A DNA stretch of 64,000 nt from a bacterium (GTDB lineage: Bacteria > UBA8248), in assembly GCA_965204535.1 (NCBI GenBank), contig CBDBEV010000001.1, forward strand, positions 832,001 to 896,000, read 5' to 3'. Positions 1 to 9,788 of this stretch are shown here, in pieces. Made by a program: the position numbers and the translations under genes. Within the stretch, counting starts at the first letter, position 1; every line of letters begins with the position of its first letter. The notes beneath the pieces are model-generated. The model did not search any database, had not been told where the DNA came from, and saw only the letters and a program-made list of their open reading frames with translations.

Positions 1-946
1 GCAGGTTTTGCAGAAATTGCGGCAGGATGAAGGTGGTTCCGAACATCACGATACCGAAGATCAGCACCACGAAGCACGAGGCGCTCAGGTTCAGGTTCAT
101 GAGAACCCTGAAATCGACGATGGGTTCCTCCGTCCTGAGTTCCCATAAGACCAGCGCCGTCAGGGTGATGACGGTGAGTATCGTCATCACGATGATGAGG
201 TTCGAATCGAACCAGTCTTCATCCTGCCCGCGCTCCAGGACGACCTGGAGCGCGGTGAGGCCGACTCCGATGAGGATGATGCCCATCCAGTCCACCTTTT
301 TGATTCCGCGCTTCATGTGGGGCGGGTCGTAGACATAGATGGAAACGAGAGTGAGTCCGACGGCGGCGACGGGCACGTTGATGTAGAAAACCCAGGGCCA
401 GCTCAGCGTTTCCGTGATCCACCCGCCCACCACCGGACCCATCGCGGGCGCAAGAACCACGCCCGCCGCGAACATGGCCATGGCCCAGCCTTGTCTGTTG
501 GCCGGATAGGTTTCGCGCAATATCGCCTGCGCTACAGGGATGAGCCCGCCGCCGCCGAGTCCCTGGAGGATGCGATAGACGAGCATCTGGGTAAAGGTTT
601 GCGAGGTGCCGACGAGAATCGACGCCAGGGTGAACAAGACGAAGGAGATGAGAAAATAGCGTTTTCGTCCTAGCAGGGTACTCCACCAGGCCGACATCGT
701 GATCGTGATGATCTGGGCGATGGTGTAGATGGTCGCCACCCAGGTGATGGTGGACAAGTCGACGTTGAACGAACCGCGCATGTGCGGCATCACCACGTTG
801 ACGATGCTGGCGTCCATGATGGAGATGAACGCGGCCGAGACGACCGCGAGCGTAATCATCGCGCGGTTGAAGGGAGAGGGGTAACTTGTGTGCGAGGCGG
901 CTTCCCCTCCGCTTCCGGGAGCGGATGATGTCGTTTCTTCGTTCAA
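1..946 (-). CDS. DHA2/EmrB-QacA family MFS efflux permease (3' part outside window)
   Basis: Minus-strand frame from TTG at 946 (TTGA overlap with upstream stop) reads ...AFISIMDASIVNVVMPHMRGSF...TWVATIYTIAQIITI..., typical of DHA2 N-termini; directly downstream of an EmrA-like gene; runs off the window. Confidence 0.9.
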   Translation of the reverse strand, partial: MNEETTSSAPGSGGEAASHTSYPSPFNRAMITLAVVSAAFISIMDASIVNVVMPHMRGSFNVDLSTITWVATIYTIAQIITITMSAWWSTLLGRKRYFLISFVLFTLASILVGTSQTFTQMLVYRILQGLGGGGLIPVAQAILRETYPANRQGWAMAMFAAGVVLAPAMGPVVGGWITETLSWPWVFYINVPVAAVGLTLVSIYVYDPPHMKRGIKKVDWMGIILIGVGLTALQVVLERGQDEDWFDSNLIIVMTILTVITLTALVLWELRTEEPIVDFRVLMNLNLSASCFVVLIFGIVMFGTTFILPQFLQNL

Positions 947-2289
947 GGTTTCTGGTTATGCGGTTTTTTGTTCACGGGATACGCCAACAGGCGGGGACCG
1001 CGCCGAATCTTGGTGTCCACGGTCACATAGGCGGACATGCCGACCAGGAAGGGGAATTTTTTTTGGGGTTTTTCGTCCAGCAGGATCTTCACGGGAATAC
1101 GGCGTGTGACTTTCACCCAGTTGCCGGTGGCGTTCTCGGGCGGCAGGAGGGAGAATGTCTCACCCGTACCCGAATACAGGCTCGCGACGTGACCCTTGAA
1201 CGTTCGGTTCGGGTAGGCGTCGAGAACGATTTCCGCTGGCTGGCCAACATGGATGCCTTCGAGTTTGATTTCTTTGAAATTCGCCCGGATATACGCCTTC
1301 TCAAGCTGAACGATGAGGAGCAAAGGACGCCCGGGTTGCACGTAGGTTCCCGGGTCTACGGATTTTTCCACGTAGCCGGATACGGGCGCGCGAATCTCGG
1401 TGTAGGAGAGGAGAAGTTCCTTTTCCTTGTGCGCGGCCAGGGCTTCTTCGAGTTCGGCCTTCAGGGATTCGGCGTCATGGCTCTTCACGCGCCGGGAGCG
1501 GTCCTCGTTTTCTGCCAGCGCCACGGCGGCTTGCGCCTCTTCCATCTGGTTGACGATGGCCGAAACCTTGTTTTCCTCCACGTTGAGTGCGGCCCGCGAA
1601 GCGTCGTAGTTTGCCCTGGCGACGTCATGAGATACGCGCGCGAGCGCTAAATTTTCATCCGAGATGATTTTCTGGCCATGCAGGCGCCGTTTTCTGTTCA
1701 AATCCTCGCGCGTCTGTTTCATCGTGGCCGCATGGGCGAGCGTTTCATTTTTCCTTTGAACGAGCAAAGCGCGGGCTGAGCGGAGAGTGCGCCGCAGAGT
1801 CTCGAGACGTGCGCGGGCTTCCTGCTGAAGGCCGCTGGCTCGGCCCATGGAGTGGGTGACGGACTCTTTGCTCGCCTCATATTTCGCGAGGGCAACGGCC
1901 ACGGCGGCCTTTGTTTTTTGAAGGGCCACCTCATGACGCCGCTTGTCGAGGACGACGAGGAGGTCCCCTTTCCGGACCGCCTGATTGTCCTTGACTAGGA
2001 GTTTTTTCACCACACCCGCGATTTCAGTGCTCACAGGCGTCAGTGTGCTCCGGACGTAAGCGTTGTCCGTCGAGACGAATCGCTCCCAGTTTTGCCACCA
2101 GAAATATCCCGCTTCGGCAGCGAAGAACAGGCCCACGCCGAGAGCCAGGAAAAGGAGGAACTTCCTGACGAAAGAGAGGGTAAAGCGCTTTTGCCGGGGG
2201 CGCTGCTTGTTAGTGGACGGCGGGTTTTTCTCCTCCTCGGCGGGTCCGGTGAGGGAGGGATTTTCCCCATCTGGCGGTTTGTCCGTCAT
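943..2289 (-). CDS. HlyD/EmrA family membrane fusion protein
   Basis: Single TM anchor, VSTDNAYV and LLPPENATGNWVKVTRRIPVKI motifs, long coiled-coil hairpin. Confidence 0.93.
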   Translation of the reverse strand: MTDKPPDGENPSLTGPAEEEKNPPSTNKQRPRQKRFTLSFVRKFLLFLALGVGLFFAAEAGYFWWQNWERFVSTDNAYVRSTLTPVSTEIAGVVKKLLVKDNQAVRKGDLLVVLDKRRHEVALQKTKAAVAVALAKYEASKESVTHSMGRASGLQQEARARLETLRRTLRSARALLVQRKNETLAHAATMKQTREDLNRKRRLHGQKIISDENLALARVSHDVARANYDASRAALNVEENKVSAIVNQMEEAQAAVALAENEDRSRRVKSHDAESLKAELEEALAAHKEKELLLSYTEIRAPVSGYVEKSVDPGTYVQPGRPLLLIVQLEKAYIRANFKEIKLEGIHVGQPAEIVLDAYPNRTFKGHVASLYSGTGETFSLLPPENATGNWVKVTRRIPVKILLDEKPQKKFPFLVGMSAYVTVDTKIRRGPRLLAYPVNKKPHNQKP

Positions 2290-2504
2290 CGCAGAATCCG
2301 TGGTTGAGCGAGTGCGCCGATTTGTCGAGAAGCGCGATATTTGAAGATAACCTGCTTAAGTTACAGCAAATAAAGCGGTTTTGTCATTGCAGACGGCTAA
2401 AAATGACATGATGAGATGAACCCACGTTTGCGCGTGCGTCCTGGAGCCCCGGTGTGCTTATAATCCTCATGAGTTGTGAGCAAAGAAACCGGGGAGGAGT
2501 CTAC

Positions 2505-4061
2505 ATGTTCGCCGTAGCGGCGGCCCATGAAAAAGCGGTGGAAGCGGGTTTGCGCGTCATGGAAGAAGGGGGAGACGCCTGCGATGCGGCGGTGGCCGTT
2601 TCCCTGGCCCTGGGTGTGGCGGAGCCTTTCTATTCCGGGCTGGGCGGCGGAGGCGTGGCGCTCATCTGGCGCGAGGACGAGAAAAGAGCCGGGTTCGTCG
2701 ATTTCAGCAACGAGTGCCCCCTCGGAATGGAACCCGGCATTTTCGAGTGCGATGAATCCGGACGGCACAAAGATGATGCGCACAGTCGGGGCCATCGTTC
2801 CATCCTGATTCTGGGTCTGCTGCGTGGGCTGGAGGCGATTCACCACGAATACGGGCGGCGGCCTTGGAGCGATTTGTTCGAGAGTGCCATCCACTTCGCA
2901 GATGAGGGTTTTGAGGTCGGCTGGTTCTACCGCCTACAGCAGGAGGAGTCGCGCTTTAAGGAGCTTTGTGCGGTATATCCCGAACTCGGGAGAATTCACT
3001 CGGTATCCGGTGAACCGCTTGCCGAAGGCGCGCTCCTGCGCCAGCCGGATTTGGCGGGAACGCTTCGCGAGCTAGCAGAAAAAGGCGCAGACGCCTTTTA
3101 CGAGGGTGTGCTTGCAAAGGCCATTGTGGATGAGGTGAATAGCGGCGGTGGTTATCTGGGAGCGTCTGATCTCTTAAACTACCGCGTGCGGTGGATGGCG
3201 CCGCTTGCTTCAAGCTATCGGGACCATCGTTTCTTCACCGCGCCGCCTCCTTCTTCCGGGCTCATCCTGATTCAGATATTGAATTTTTTAGAAGTTCTCC
3301 TGCCCGAATGGGATGAGGCGGATGAGGCTGCGCGCGGCCTGGCGCTCGCTCGCGCCATGGGTGTGGCGTTTCGAGACAGGTTCTCGGTCTATGGCGATCC
3401 CTATCATTACGACATGCCTGTGGAGCGCCTCCTGAGCAAGGAGTATGCCGCCGCCGCGATGGCCGAGAAGCGAGCCCCCGGCATTCACGTTCACGACATG
3501 GAGGCGGGTTCCACCACCCATTTCACGATTATGGATTCGCTGGGCAACGTGGTCTGCCAAACGCAGACCCTGGGCTTGGGGTGGGGGTCGGGCGTCGTGC
3601 CGCCAGGCACAGGGGTCATTCTGAACAACCACACGAACTGGATGGACCCCCGCCCGGGACGCGGGAATTCTTTGGGCGCAGGCAAACGCCCCATGGCGGG
3701 CTATGCCCCAACCCTCGTTTTCGAGGGTGAGAAATTGCGCTTAGGCGTCGGTAGTCCCGGCTCCTATCGTATCCCCACGGCGGTGGCCCAGGTCATCCTC
3801 AATCTGTTTTACCGGAAGATGAGCCTACAAGAAGCAGTGGAAGCCCCCCGCATGCACTTGGATATCGGCCCCATGCACGCTGAAGATACTGTGGACGAGG
3901 TAGTTTTAGAATTATTGCGGCAGAGCGGTTTTGAGGTTTCGCCCTATGCGTACCCCCACCACTTCTTCGGTGGCGTGCATGCTGTGCATGTGGAAGATGA
4001 CGGCCGCCTCATGGCCTTTGGTGATCCTCGTCGCACGGGAAGCGCGGGAACGATTGGATAG
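2505..4061 (+). CDS. ggt: Gamma-glutamyltransferase family protein
   Basis: GGDACDAAVA, SGLGGGG, catalytic-Thr motif STTHFT, DPRR at C-terminus; start at ATG 2505 after GGAGGAG. Confidence 0.88.
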   Translation: MFAVAAAHEKAVEAGLRVMEEGGDACDAAVAVSLALGVAEPFYSGLGGGGVALIWREDEKRAGFVDFSNECPLGMEPGIFECDESGRHKDDAHSRGHRSILILGLLRGLEAIHHEYGRRPWSDLFESAIHFADEGFEVGWFYRLQQEESRFKELCAVYPELGRIHSVSGEPLAEGALLRQPDLAGTLRELAEKGADAFYEGVLAKAIVDEVNSGGGYLGASDLLNYRVRWMAPLASSYRDHRFFTAPPPSSGLILIQILNFLEVLLPEWDEADEAARGLALARAMGVAFRDRFSVYGDPYHYDMPVERLLSKEYAAAAMAEKRAPGIHVHDMEAGSTTHFTIMDSLGNVVCQTQTLGLGWGSGVVPPGTGVILNNHTNWMDPRPGRGNSLGAGKRPMAGYAPTLVFEGEKLRLGVGSPGSYRIPTAVAQVILNLFYRKMSLQEAVEAPRMHLDIGPMHAEDTVDEVVLELLRQSGFEVSPYAYPHHFFGGVHAVHVEDDGRLMAFGDPRRTGSAGTIG

Positions 4062-4118
4062 AGGCGATTTTCTTTTTTTGCGATATATGCGGGATGAGAG
4101 GCAGGTTGACCCCCTCGG

Positions 4119-5297
4119 CTATTGAAAGTCGAGCGTTTTCGCTTCGCGGCCCAGGGCGATTTGCCCGATGGTTTCGAGGCAGCGGTCGTTGGCGGGCGGC
4201 ATGACGATGCCGGCCACGGCGTCTCTCAAGTGACGCTCGAGCGGCAAAGAGCGGTGAAGCCCGCGTCCGCCGCACAGGCGGATTCCCTGCTCGGCGAGTT
4301 CCTTGGCGGCTTCGGTCGCCAGGTATTTCGCCTGGTTGAGGATGAAGGTCAGTTCCATTTTGCCGAGGTTTCCTCTGAGCGCACCCAGTTTTTCGGCGGC
4401 GCGGCGCGCGTTCTCGAGCAGCATGGCCATCTCGCCAATCTGGCGCTGCGTGCGGTCCAGCTCGCCTAGAGGGACTCCCATGCCCGATTTCGTCTTTTTC
4501 ACGTAATCCACCGTGAACTGATAGGCCGCCTCCGCGATACCGATATAGACGGCGGTGTATCCCAGGGACCACATGCTCATGTCCTTGCCCAGAATGCTGC
4601 CCGGCTCCCCGATGATCTCATTTGGCTTCACGGCTACGTCGTGAAACATCAGGGAGTTCGACGCGGTTCCCCGCATGCCGATGGTGTGCCAATCATCCAA
4701 GATTTCGATGTTCTCTCTCGCGGCGGGAATCATCACGTTCAGTAGACCCTCCTGCAGGGTTTCCGCACCGTCGAGGTAACTCCAGGTGAAGTAATACGTC
4801 GCCCCTGTGGAGAGAGAACAGAAATGTTTCTTGCCGTGCAGGCGATATACGCCGTTGTCCTCGCGGATGGAGGTGCGCACCGCCAGCTTGTCGCGGAAGG
4901 AACTGCCCGGCTCGCTCGTGATGGAGGCGAAGATGGCGCCTTCGCTCACCACTTCGGAGAAATAGTGCTCCATCTGTTCTTTGGATGCGATTTGCCCCAA
5001 AAAATCCACGACGGCGCTGTGCATGTTGAACGTGAGGCCCGTGGAGGCGCAGCCTTTCGCAATTTTGGAGAGCACCGTGACGTAAGTGAGAGAATCCGCT
5101 CCGATGCCGCCGAATTCCCTGGGCACCATGAGAGAGAGAAGGCCGGCGTCGGCGAGGTCCTGATAGTTTTCAACCGGAAAGCGCGATTCCTCGTCGATCG
5201 CCTTCGCGCGCGGGGCGAATTTTTCCTGCGCCAGCGATTCGGCGAGGTCGACCCATTTTTTCGATTCGGCGCCAAGCGCGCCTGCAGAACTGTTCAT
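4119..5297 (-). CDS. Acyl-CoA dehydrogenase superfamily flavoprotein (possibly DszC/SfnB-like monooxygenase)
   Basis: SEPGS, GKKHFCS, DDWHTIGMRGTAS, LERHLRDA motifs; start at ATG 5297 (longer ORF overlaps the LLM gene). Confidence 0.85.
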   Translation of the reverse strand: MNSSAGALGAESKKWVDLAESLAQEKFAPRAKAIDEESRFPVENYQDLADAGLLSLMVPREFGGIGADSLTYVTVLSKIAKGCASTGLTFNMHSAVVDFLGQIASKEQMEHYFSEVVSEGAIFASITSEPGSSFRDKLAVRTSIREDNGVYRLHGKKHFCSLSTGATYYFTWSYLDGAETLQEGLLNVMIPAARENIEILDDWHTIGMRGTASNSLMFHDVAVKPNEIIGEPGSILGKDMSMWSLGYTAVYIGIAEAAYQFTVDYVKKTKSGMGVPLGELDRTQRQIGEMAMLLENARRAAEKLGALRGNLGKMELTFILNQAKYLATEAAKELAEQGIRLCGGRGLHRSLPLERHLRDAVAGIVMPPANDRCLETIGQIALGREAKTLDFQ

Positions 5298-5340
5298 CAA
5301 AGGTTTCCTCTTTCTGTTACAGTTGCGGTCTTTTCTCTCA

Positions 5341-6456
5341 TCAATCGTATTCCGCGAGTGCGGGCAAAGGCTGCTCCAGGGTGATGGGCTTGGTATCCTT
5401 GAGCAGGGGCATAATCTCGCGACCGAATATCTCCACTTCCTCGACGTGCGGCCAGCCGGAGAGGATGAACGTGTGGACGCCCACATCCACGTATTCCCTG
5501 AGCGCCTTGGCGATCATGTCGGGCGTGCCAACAAGGGAAGCACCCGCACCTGCGCGAACCGTGTTCACGCCCATCCACAAGGTGTCGGTGATCCAGAGCG
5601 ACTCGCCCTTCGCCAGTTCGTTGACGCGTGTCTGACCGGTGCTCTCCGTTTTGGTTTTCATGTCGGCCCAAGCCTGTACGTTCGAGATGTCGCTCCCCTC
5701 GATGAGCTCTTGCGCAGCTTTTTTTGCCTCCGCCCTGGTCTCCCGGCAGAGGATGTGCATCCGCACGCCGAATTGAATCTTGTCCTCGCGGTCGAACTCG
5801 GCCGCGCGCTGCCTCATATCGAGCACGTCTTTGGCGATGGTCTCCACATCCACGGCGTACATCATGTGCACGTCGGAAAATTTCGCCCCCACCCGGCGTC
5901 CGGGCTCCGAGCTTCCGCCAAGATAGATGGGCGGCCAGGGCTTGGATACGTGGATCGGGAAAAAGGCGGCTTCGCGTATGTCGAAATACTTCCCCTTGTA
6001 GGTGATGGGAGCGTCGGCGCTCCAGATGCGGGTGACGATCTCGAGAAACTCATCCGTCCTGTCGTAGCGCTCATCGTGCACGAGATGGTCGCCGTAGCGC
6101 ATCTGTTCCACGTGACTCGAACCGGTGACGACGTTGAGCGTCAGGCGACCGCCGGTGAGCGCGTCGAGTGTGCTCGCCGTCTGTGCGGCGAATACGGGGC
6201 TGGTGAGGCCGGGGCGGAACGCTACGCAGAATTTGATTCTTTCGGTATGCTGGGCCACGCCTGCGGCCACGAGCCAGGCATCCATGCAATGGGTGCCTGT
6301 GGGTACCAGAAGGTTCACGAAACCGGCCCGCTCGGCGGCGCTCGCCACCTGGGAGAGGTACTCGATAGTGGGTTTTCGCTCAGGCACCCTTGTGTTGATT
6401 TTGTGGCCATCACCCGCCCTGGCCGACGGGAGAAACCAAGCGTATTCCGTACCCAT
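5341..6456 (-). CDS. LLM-class flavin-dependent monooxygenase, SsuD-like (copy 1)
   Basis: WFLP, LLVPTG, AFRPG, GGRLTLNVVTG, LGGSSE, FILSGWPH motifs of the SsuD/MsuD group. Confidence 0.92.
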   Translation of the reverse strand: MGTEYAWFLPSARAGDGHKINTRVPERKPTIEYLSQVASAAERAGFVNLLVPTGTHCMDAWLVAAGVAQHTERIKFCVAFRPGLTSPVFAAQTASTLDALTGGRLTLNVVTGSSHVEQMRYGDHLVHDERYDRTDEFLEIVTRIWSADAPITYKGKYFDIREAAFFPIHVSKPWPPIYLGGSSEPGRRVGAKFSDVHMMYAVDVETIAKDVLDMRQRAAEFDREDKIQFGVRMHILCRETRAEAKKAAQELIEGSDISNVQAWADMKTKTESTGQTRVNELAKGESLWITDTLWMGVNTVRAGAGASLVGTPDMIAKALREYVDVGVHTFILSGWPHVEEVEIFGREIMPLLKDTKPITLEQPLPALAEYD

Positions 6457-6586
6457 ATGCGAAACCTCTGAGGTGAAAGATGCACTCAGTATAGCGCGAA
6501 ATGAACGCGCGTGTATTCACTTCGCCCGATTCTGAAAATACAAACAAGGCGCAAGCGCGTCAATCTCAAGGCCGGAGCCGCGAAGG

Positions 6587-6810
6587 TCAGGCGGGTATCT
6601 GTCCGTTGAGTTGGCGGTACTGAACCGCTTCCGCCACATGCTGAAGAGAGATGTTTTTTCCCCGGCCAGATCGCTGATGGTCCGCGCCACTTTCAGCACG
6701 CGATGATAGGCGCGCGCTGAGAGCCCCAGTTTCTCCACCCGCTACCGTCGAACTCCCTGAGCATCATGAGGGCGAGAAGACCGGCGTCGGCCTTTCCGTT
6801 GTGTTCTATT
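6587..6810 (-). pseudogene. Degenerate duplicate of the comM/yifB 3' end
   Basis: Aligns by eye with 8055-8260 (EKLGLSARAYHRVLKVARTISDLAGEK) but has a frameshift and an insertion. Confidence 0.85.
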
Positions 6811-6811
6811 G

Positions 6812-7927
6812 TCAATCGTATTCGGCGAGGGCGGGCATGGGAGACTCCAGGGAGATGGGCTCCGTATCTTCGAGCAGGGGCATTATCTCGCGTCCGAATA
6901 TCTCGACCTCCTCGACGTGCGGCCAACCTGAGAGGATGAACGTGTGAACACCCACGTCCACGTATTCCTTGAGCGCCTTGGCGATCATGTCCGGCGTGCC
7001 CACTAGGCAGGCGCCCGGGCCCGCGCGAACAGTGTTCACGCCCATCCACAAGGTGTCGGTGATCCAGAGCGATTCGCCTTTCGCCAGTTCGTTCACGCGC
7101 GTCTGGCCTATGCTCTCCGATTTGGTCTTCAAGTCGGCCCAGACCTGCACGTTCGAGATGTCGCTCCCCTCGATGAGCGCTTGTGCGGCTTTTTTCGCCT
7201 CCGCCTTGGTCTCCCGGCAGAGGATGTGCATCCGGACGCCGAATTTTATCTGATCTTCGCGGCCGACCTCCGCTGCGCGCCGCTTCATGTCGAGCGCGTC
7301 CTTGGCGATGGTCTCCACGTCGACGGCGTACATCATGTGCACGTCGGAGAATTTCGCCCCCACCCGGCGGCCGGGCTCCGAGCTCCCGCCGAGATAGATG
7401 GGCGGCCAGGGTTTTGAGACGTGGATCGGGAAAAAGGCGGCATCTCGTATGTCGAAATACTTCCCCTTGTAGGTGATGGGAGCGTCGGCGCTCCAGATGC
7501 GAGTGACGATTTCTAGAAACTCATTTGTCCTGTCGTAGCGTTCATCGTGTTCGAGATGGTCGCCGTAGCGCATCTGTTCCACGTGACTCGAGCCGGTGAC
7601 GACGTTGAGCGTCAGGCGGCCGCCAGTGAGCGTATCGAGCGTGTTCGCCGTCTGGGCGGCGAATACGGGGCTGGTGAGACCCGGTCGGAACGCCACGCAA
7701 AATTTGATTCTTTCGGTATGCTGCGCTACGCCCGCGGCCACGAGCCAGGCGTCCAGGCAGTGGGTGCCTGTGGGTACCAGAAGGTTCACGAAACCGGCCC
7801 GCTCGGCGGCGCTCGCCACTTGGGAGAGGTATTCGATGGTGGGTTTACGCTCAGGCACCTTGGTGTTGATTTTGTGGCCGTCACCCGCTCTGGCCGATGG
7901 GAGAAACCAGGCGTATTCTGTCCCCAT
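6812..7927 (-). CDS. LLM-class flavin-dependent monooxygenase, SsuD-like (copy 2)
   Basis: Same length (371 aa) as 5341-6456; 28 substitutions counted by hand (~92% identity). Confidence 0.92.
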   Translation of the reverse strand: MGTEYAWFLPSARAGDGHKINTKVPERKPTIEYLSQVASAAERAGFVNLLVPTGTHCLDAWLVAAGVAQHTERIKFCVAFRPGLTSPVFAAQTANTLDTLTGGRLTLNVVTGSSHVEQMRYGDHLEHDERYDRTNEFLEIVTRIWSADAPITYKGKYFDIRDAAFFPIHVSKPWPPIYLGGSSEPGRRVGAKFSDVHMMYAVDVETIAKDALDMKRRAAEVGREDQIKFGVRMHILCRETKAEAKKAAQALIEGSDISNVQVWADLKTKSESIGQTRVNELAKGESLWITDTLWMGVNTVRAGPGACLVGTPDMIAKALKEYVDVGVHTFILSGWPHVEEVEIFGREIMPLLEDTEPISLESPMPALAEYD

Positions 7928-8054
7928 ATCGAAAACCTCTGTGGTGAGAGATGCGCCCAGTATAGCCCAAAATGGAGGAGCACGTATCGGCTGCGCCTGT
8001 TTTTAAATACAAACAAGGTGGATGCCCGTCGATCTCAACACAGAGGCCGCGAAA

Positions 8055-9587
8055 TCAGACGGGCATCTGTCTGTCGAGTTGGCGGTACTGAACCGCCTCC
8101 GCCACGTGCTGGGGAGCGACCTCCTTCTCGCCGGCCAGATCGCTGATGGTGCGCGCCACCTTCAGCACGCGATGATAAGCGCGCGCCGATAGACCCAGTT
8201 TCTCCACCGCCAGCTTGAGCAGGCGCCTGCCCTCGGCGTCGAGCTTGCAGTGCTCATTGATGAGAGCGGGCCCCATGTGGGCGTTGGCGTATACGCCCGG
8301 GTGGTCCTTGAAGCGCTCTTTCTGGATTTTCTGCGACGCGAGAACGCGGCTTCTGATCGTCGCTGAACTTTCACCTTCAGGGTCTTCGGCGAGTTCTTTC
8401 CACGGGACCCTGGGTACATTGATGTGGATGTCGATGCGATCGAGAATCGGCCCCGAGATGCGCGAGCGGTAACGAATCACCTGCTTGGGTGTACAGGTGC
8501 ATGCGCCGTCCGTCCGCAGGCCGCAAATGCAGGGGTTCATCGCGGCGGTGAGCATGAAACGGGCCGGAAACGAGAGGCTCGCCTGCGCTCTGCTGATGGT
8601 GATCTTCCCGTCCTCGAGCGGACCACGGAGGGATTCGAGCACGTTTTTCCGAAACTCGGGCAGTTCATCGAGGAACAACACGCCGTTGTGCGCGAGCGAG
8701 GCCTCGCCGGGCAGTGGAAGCGCGCCTCCACCCACCAGACCTGCGTCGCTGATGGTGTGGTGCGGAGCGCGGAAGGGTCTTTCCCGAATCAAGGAATCAT
8801 GTTTCGTGAGTTTGCCAAGCACGCTCCACACCTGGCTCGTCTCGATGGCTTCGTCCAGAGACAGTGGGGGCAGTATGGTGGGGAACCTTTTCGCCAGCAT
8901 GCTCTTTCCGCTGCCGGGCGGGCCTATCATCAGCAGGTTGTGCGATCCCGCAGCCGCAACCTCCACGGAGCGCTTGGCCTGGTGTTGTCCCCGGATGTCC
9001 GAGAAATCGATTCTTTCGACCTCTTTTTTCTCTATGCCGTTCTTCTGGCAACATGCCGGGGGAATCTCTATTTCCTCCCGGATGAATCCCACTACCTGGG
9101 GAAGCGTGTGTACGGGATAAACCTCGAGCTTATCGACGACGGCGGCTTCGGGTGCGTTCTCCGCCGGGAGTACGAGGCCGCGCTTGCCCATCTTCTTGGC
9201 GAGCACGGCCATGTTGAGCGCCCCCCGGATGGGCCGCAGGGAGCCGTCCAAAGCCAGTTCACCCAGAAACAGCAGGGAATCCTCCATTTGAGAGCGCGAA
9301 TGAAACACACCGTTCGCGCGCAGTATCGAGAGCGCAATAGGCAAATCGAAGGCGCTGCCCTCCTTGCGGACGTCCGCCGGTGAGAGGCTGACGGTGATGC
9401 GCCCCATTGGGTAGATGAAGCCCGTGTTGAGGATGGCGGCGCGAATCCTGTCCTTGCTCTCCTTGACGGCGGCGTCGGGCAGGCCGACGGTGGCGTAATA
9501 GGGGAGACCCGGTGCGAGGTCGACCTCCACTTCGACAGGGTAGGCGTCTACGCCCAGTACGGCTGCTGCTTGGGTTTTAGCCAGCAT
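8055..9587 (-). CDS. comM: YifB/ComM family Mg-chelatase-like AAA+ ATPase
   Basis: VGLPDAAVKES, KEGSAFDLPIAL, GPPGSGKS, RPFRAPHHT, GVLFLDELPEF; start MLAK at 9587. Confidence 0.93.
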   Translation of the reverse strand: MLAKTQAAAVLGVDAYPVEVEVDLAPGLPYYATVGLPDAAVKESKDRIRAAILNTGFIYPMGRITVSLSPADVRKEGSAFDLPIALSILRANGVFHSRSQMEDSLLFLGELALDGSLRPIRGALNMAVLAKKMGKRGLVLPAENAPEAAVVDKLEVYPVHTLPQVVGFIREEIEIPPACCQKNGIEKKEVERIDFSDIRGQHQAKRSVEVAAAGSHNLLMIGPPGSGKSMLAKRFPTILPPLSLDEAIETSQVWSVLGKLTKHDSLIRERPFRAPHHTISDAGLVGGGALPLPGEASLAHNGVLFLDELPEFRKNVLESLRGPLEDGKITISRAQASLSFPARFMLTAAMNPCICGLRTDGACTCTPKQVIRYRSRISGPILDRIDIHINVPRVPWKELAEDPEGESSATIRSRVLASQKIQKERFKDHPGVYANAHMGPALINEHCKLDAEGRRLLKLAVEKLGLSARAYHRVLKVARTISDLAGEKEVAPQHVAEAVQYRQLDRQMPV

Positions 9588-9788
9588 GGCATTTCTCCGG
9601 GTTGTCTCGTGGAGTAGCAAAGATAAAGCGAAATATATAACGAAAATATAACGAAATCAACCCCAAATCGGCAATATTTATGAAATTCTACTTTTATTCC
9701 GGACTTCCGCCGGGAGTGTTTTCGATAGGGAAGGGGGGAAGTGAGGGTTTTTAAGTTCGATCATTGCGCCGACGATGACGGGCGCGGC

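Noticed and set aside
5341-7927. Diversity-generating retroelement template/variable repeat pair
   Set aside because: Differences span whole genes, are not adenine-specific by eye, and no reverse transcriptase is present
6587-8260. comM 3' duplication as attL/attR of an integrated island
   Set aside because: The duplicated unit includes the LLM gene itself and no integrase is present; tandem duplication explains it
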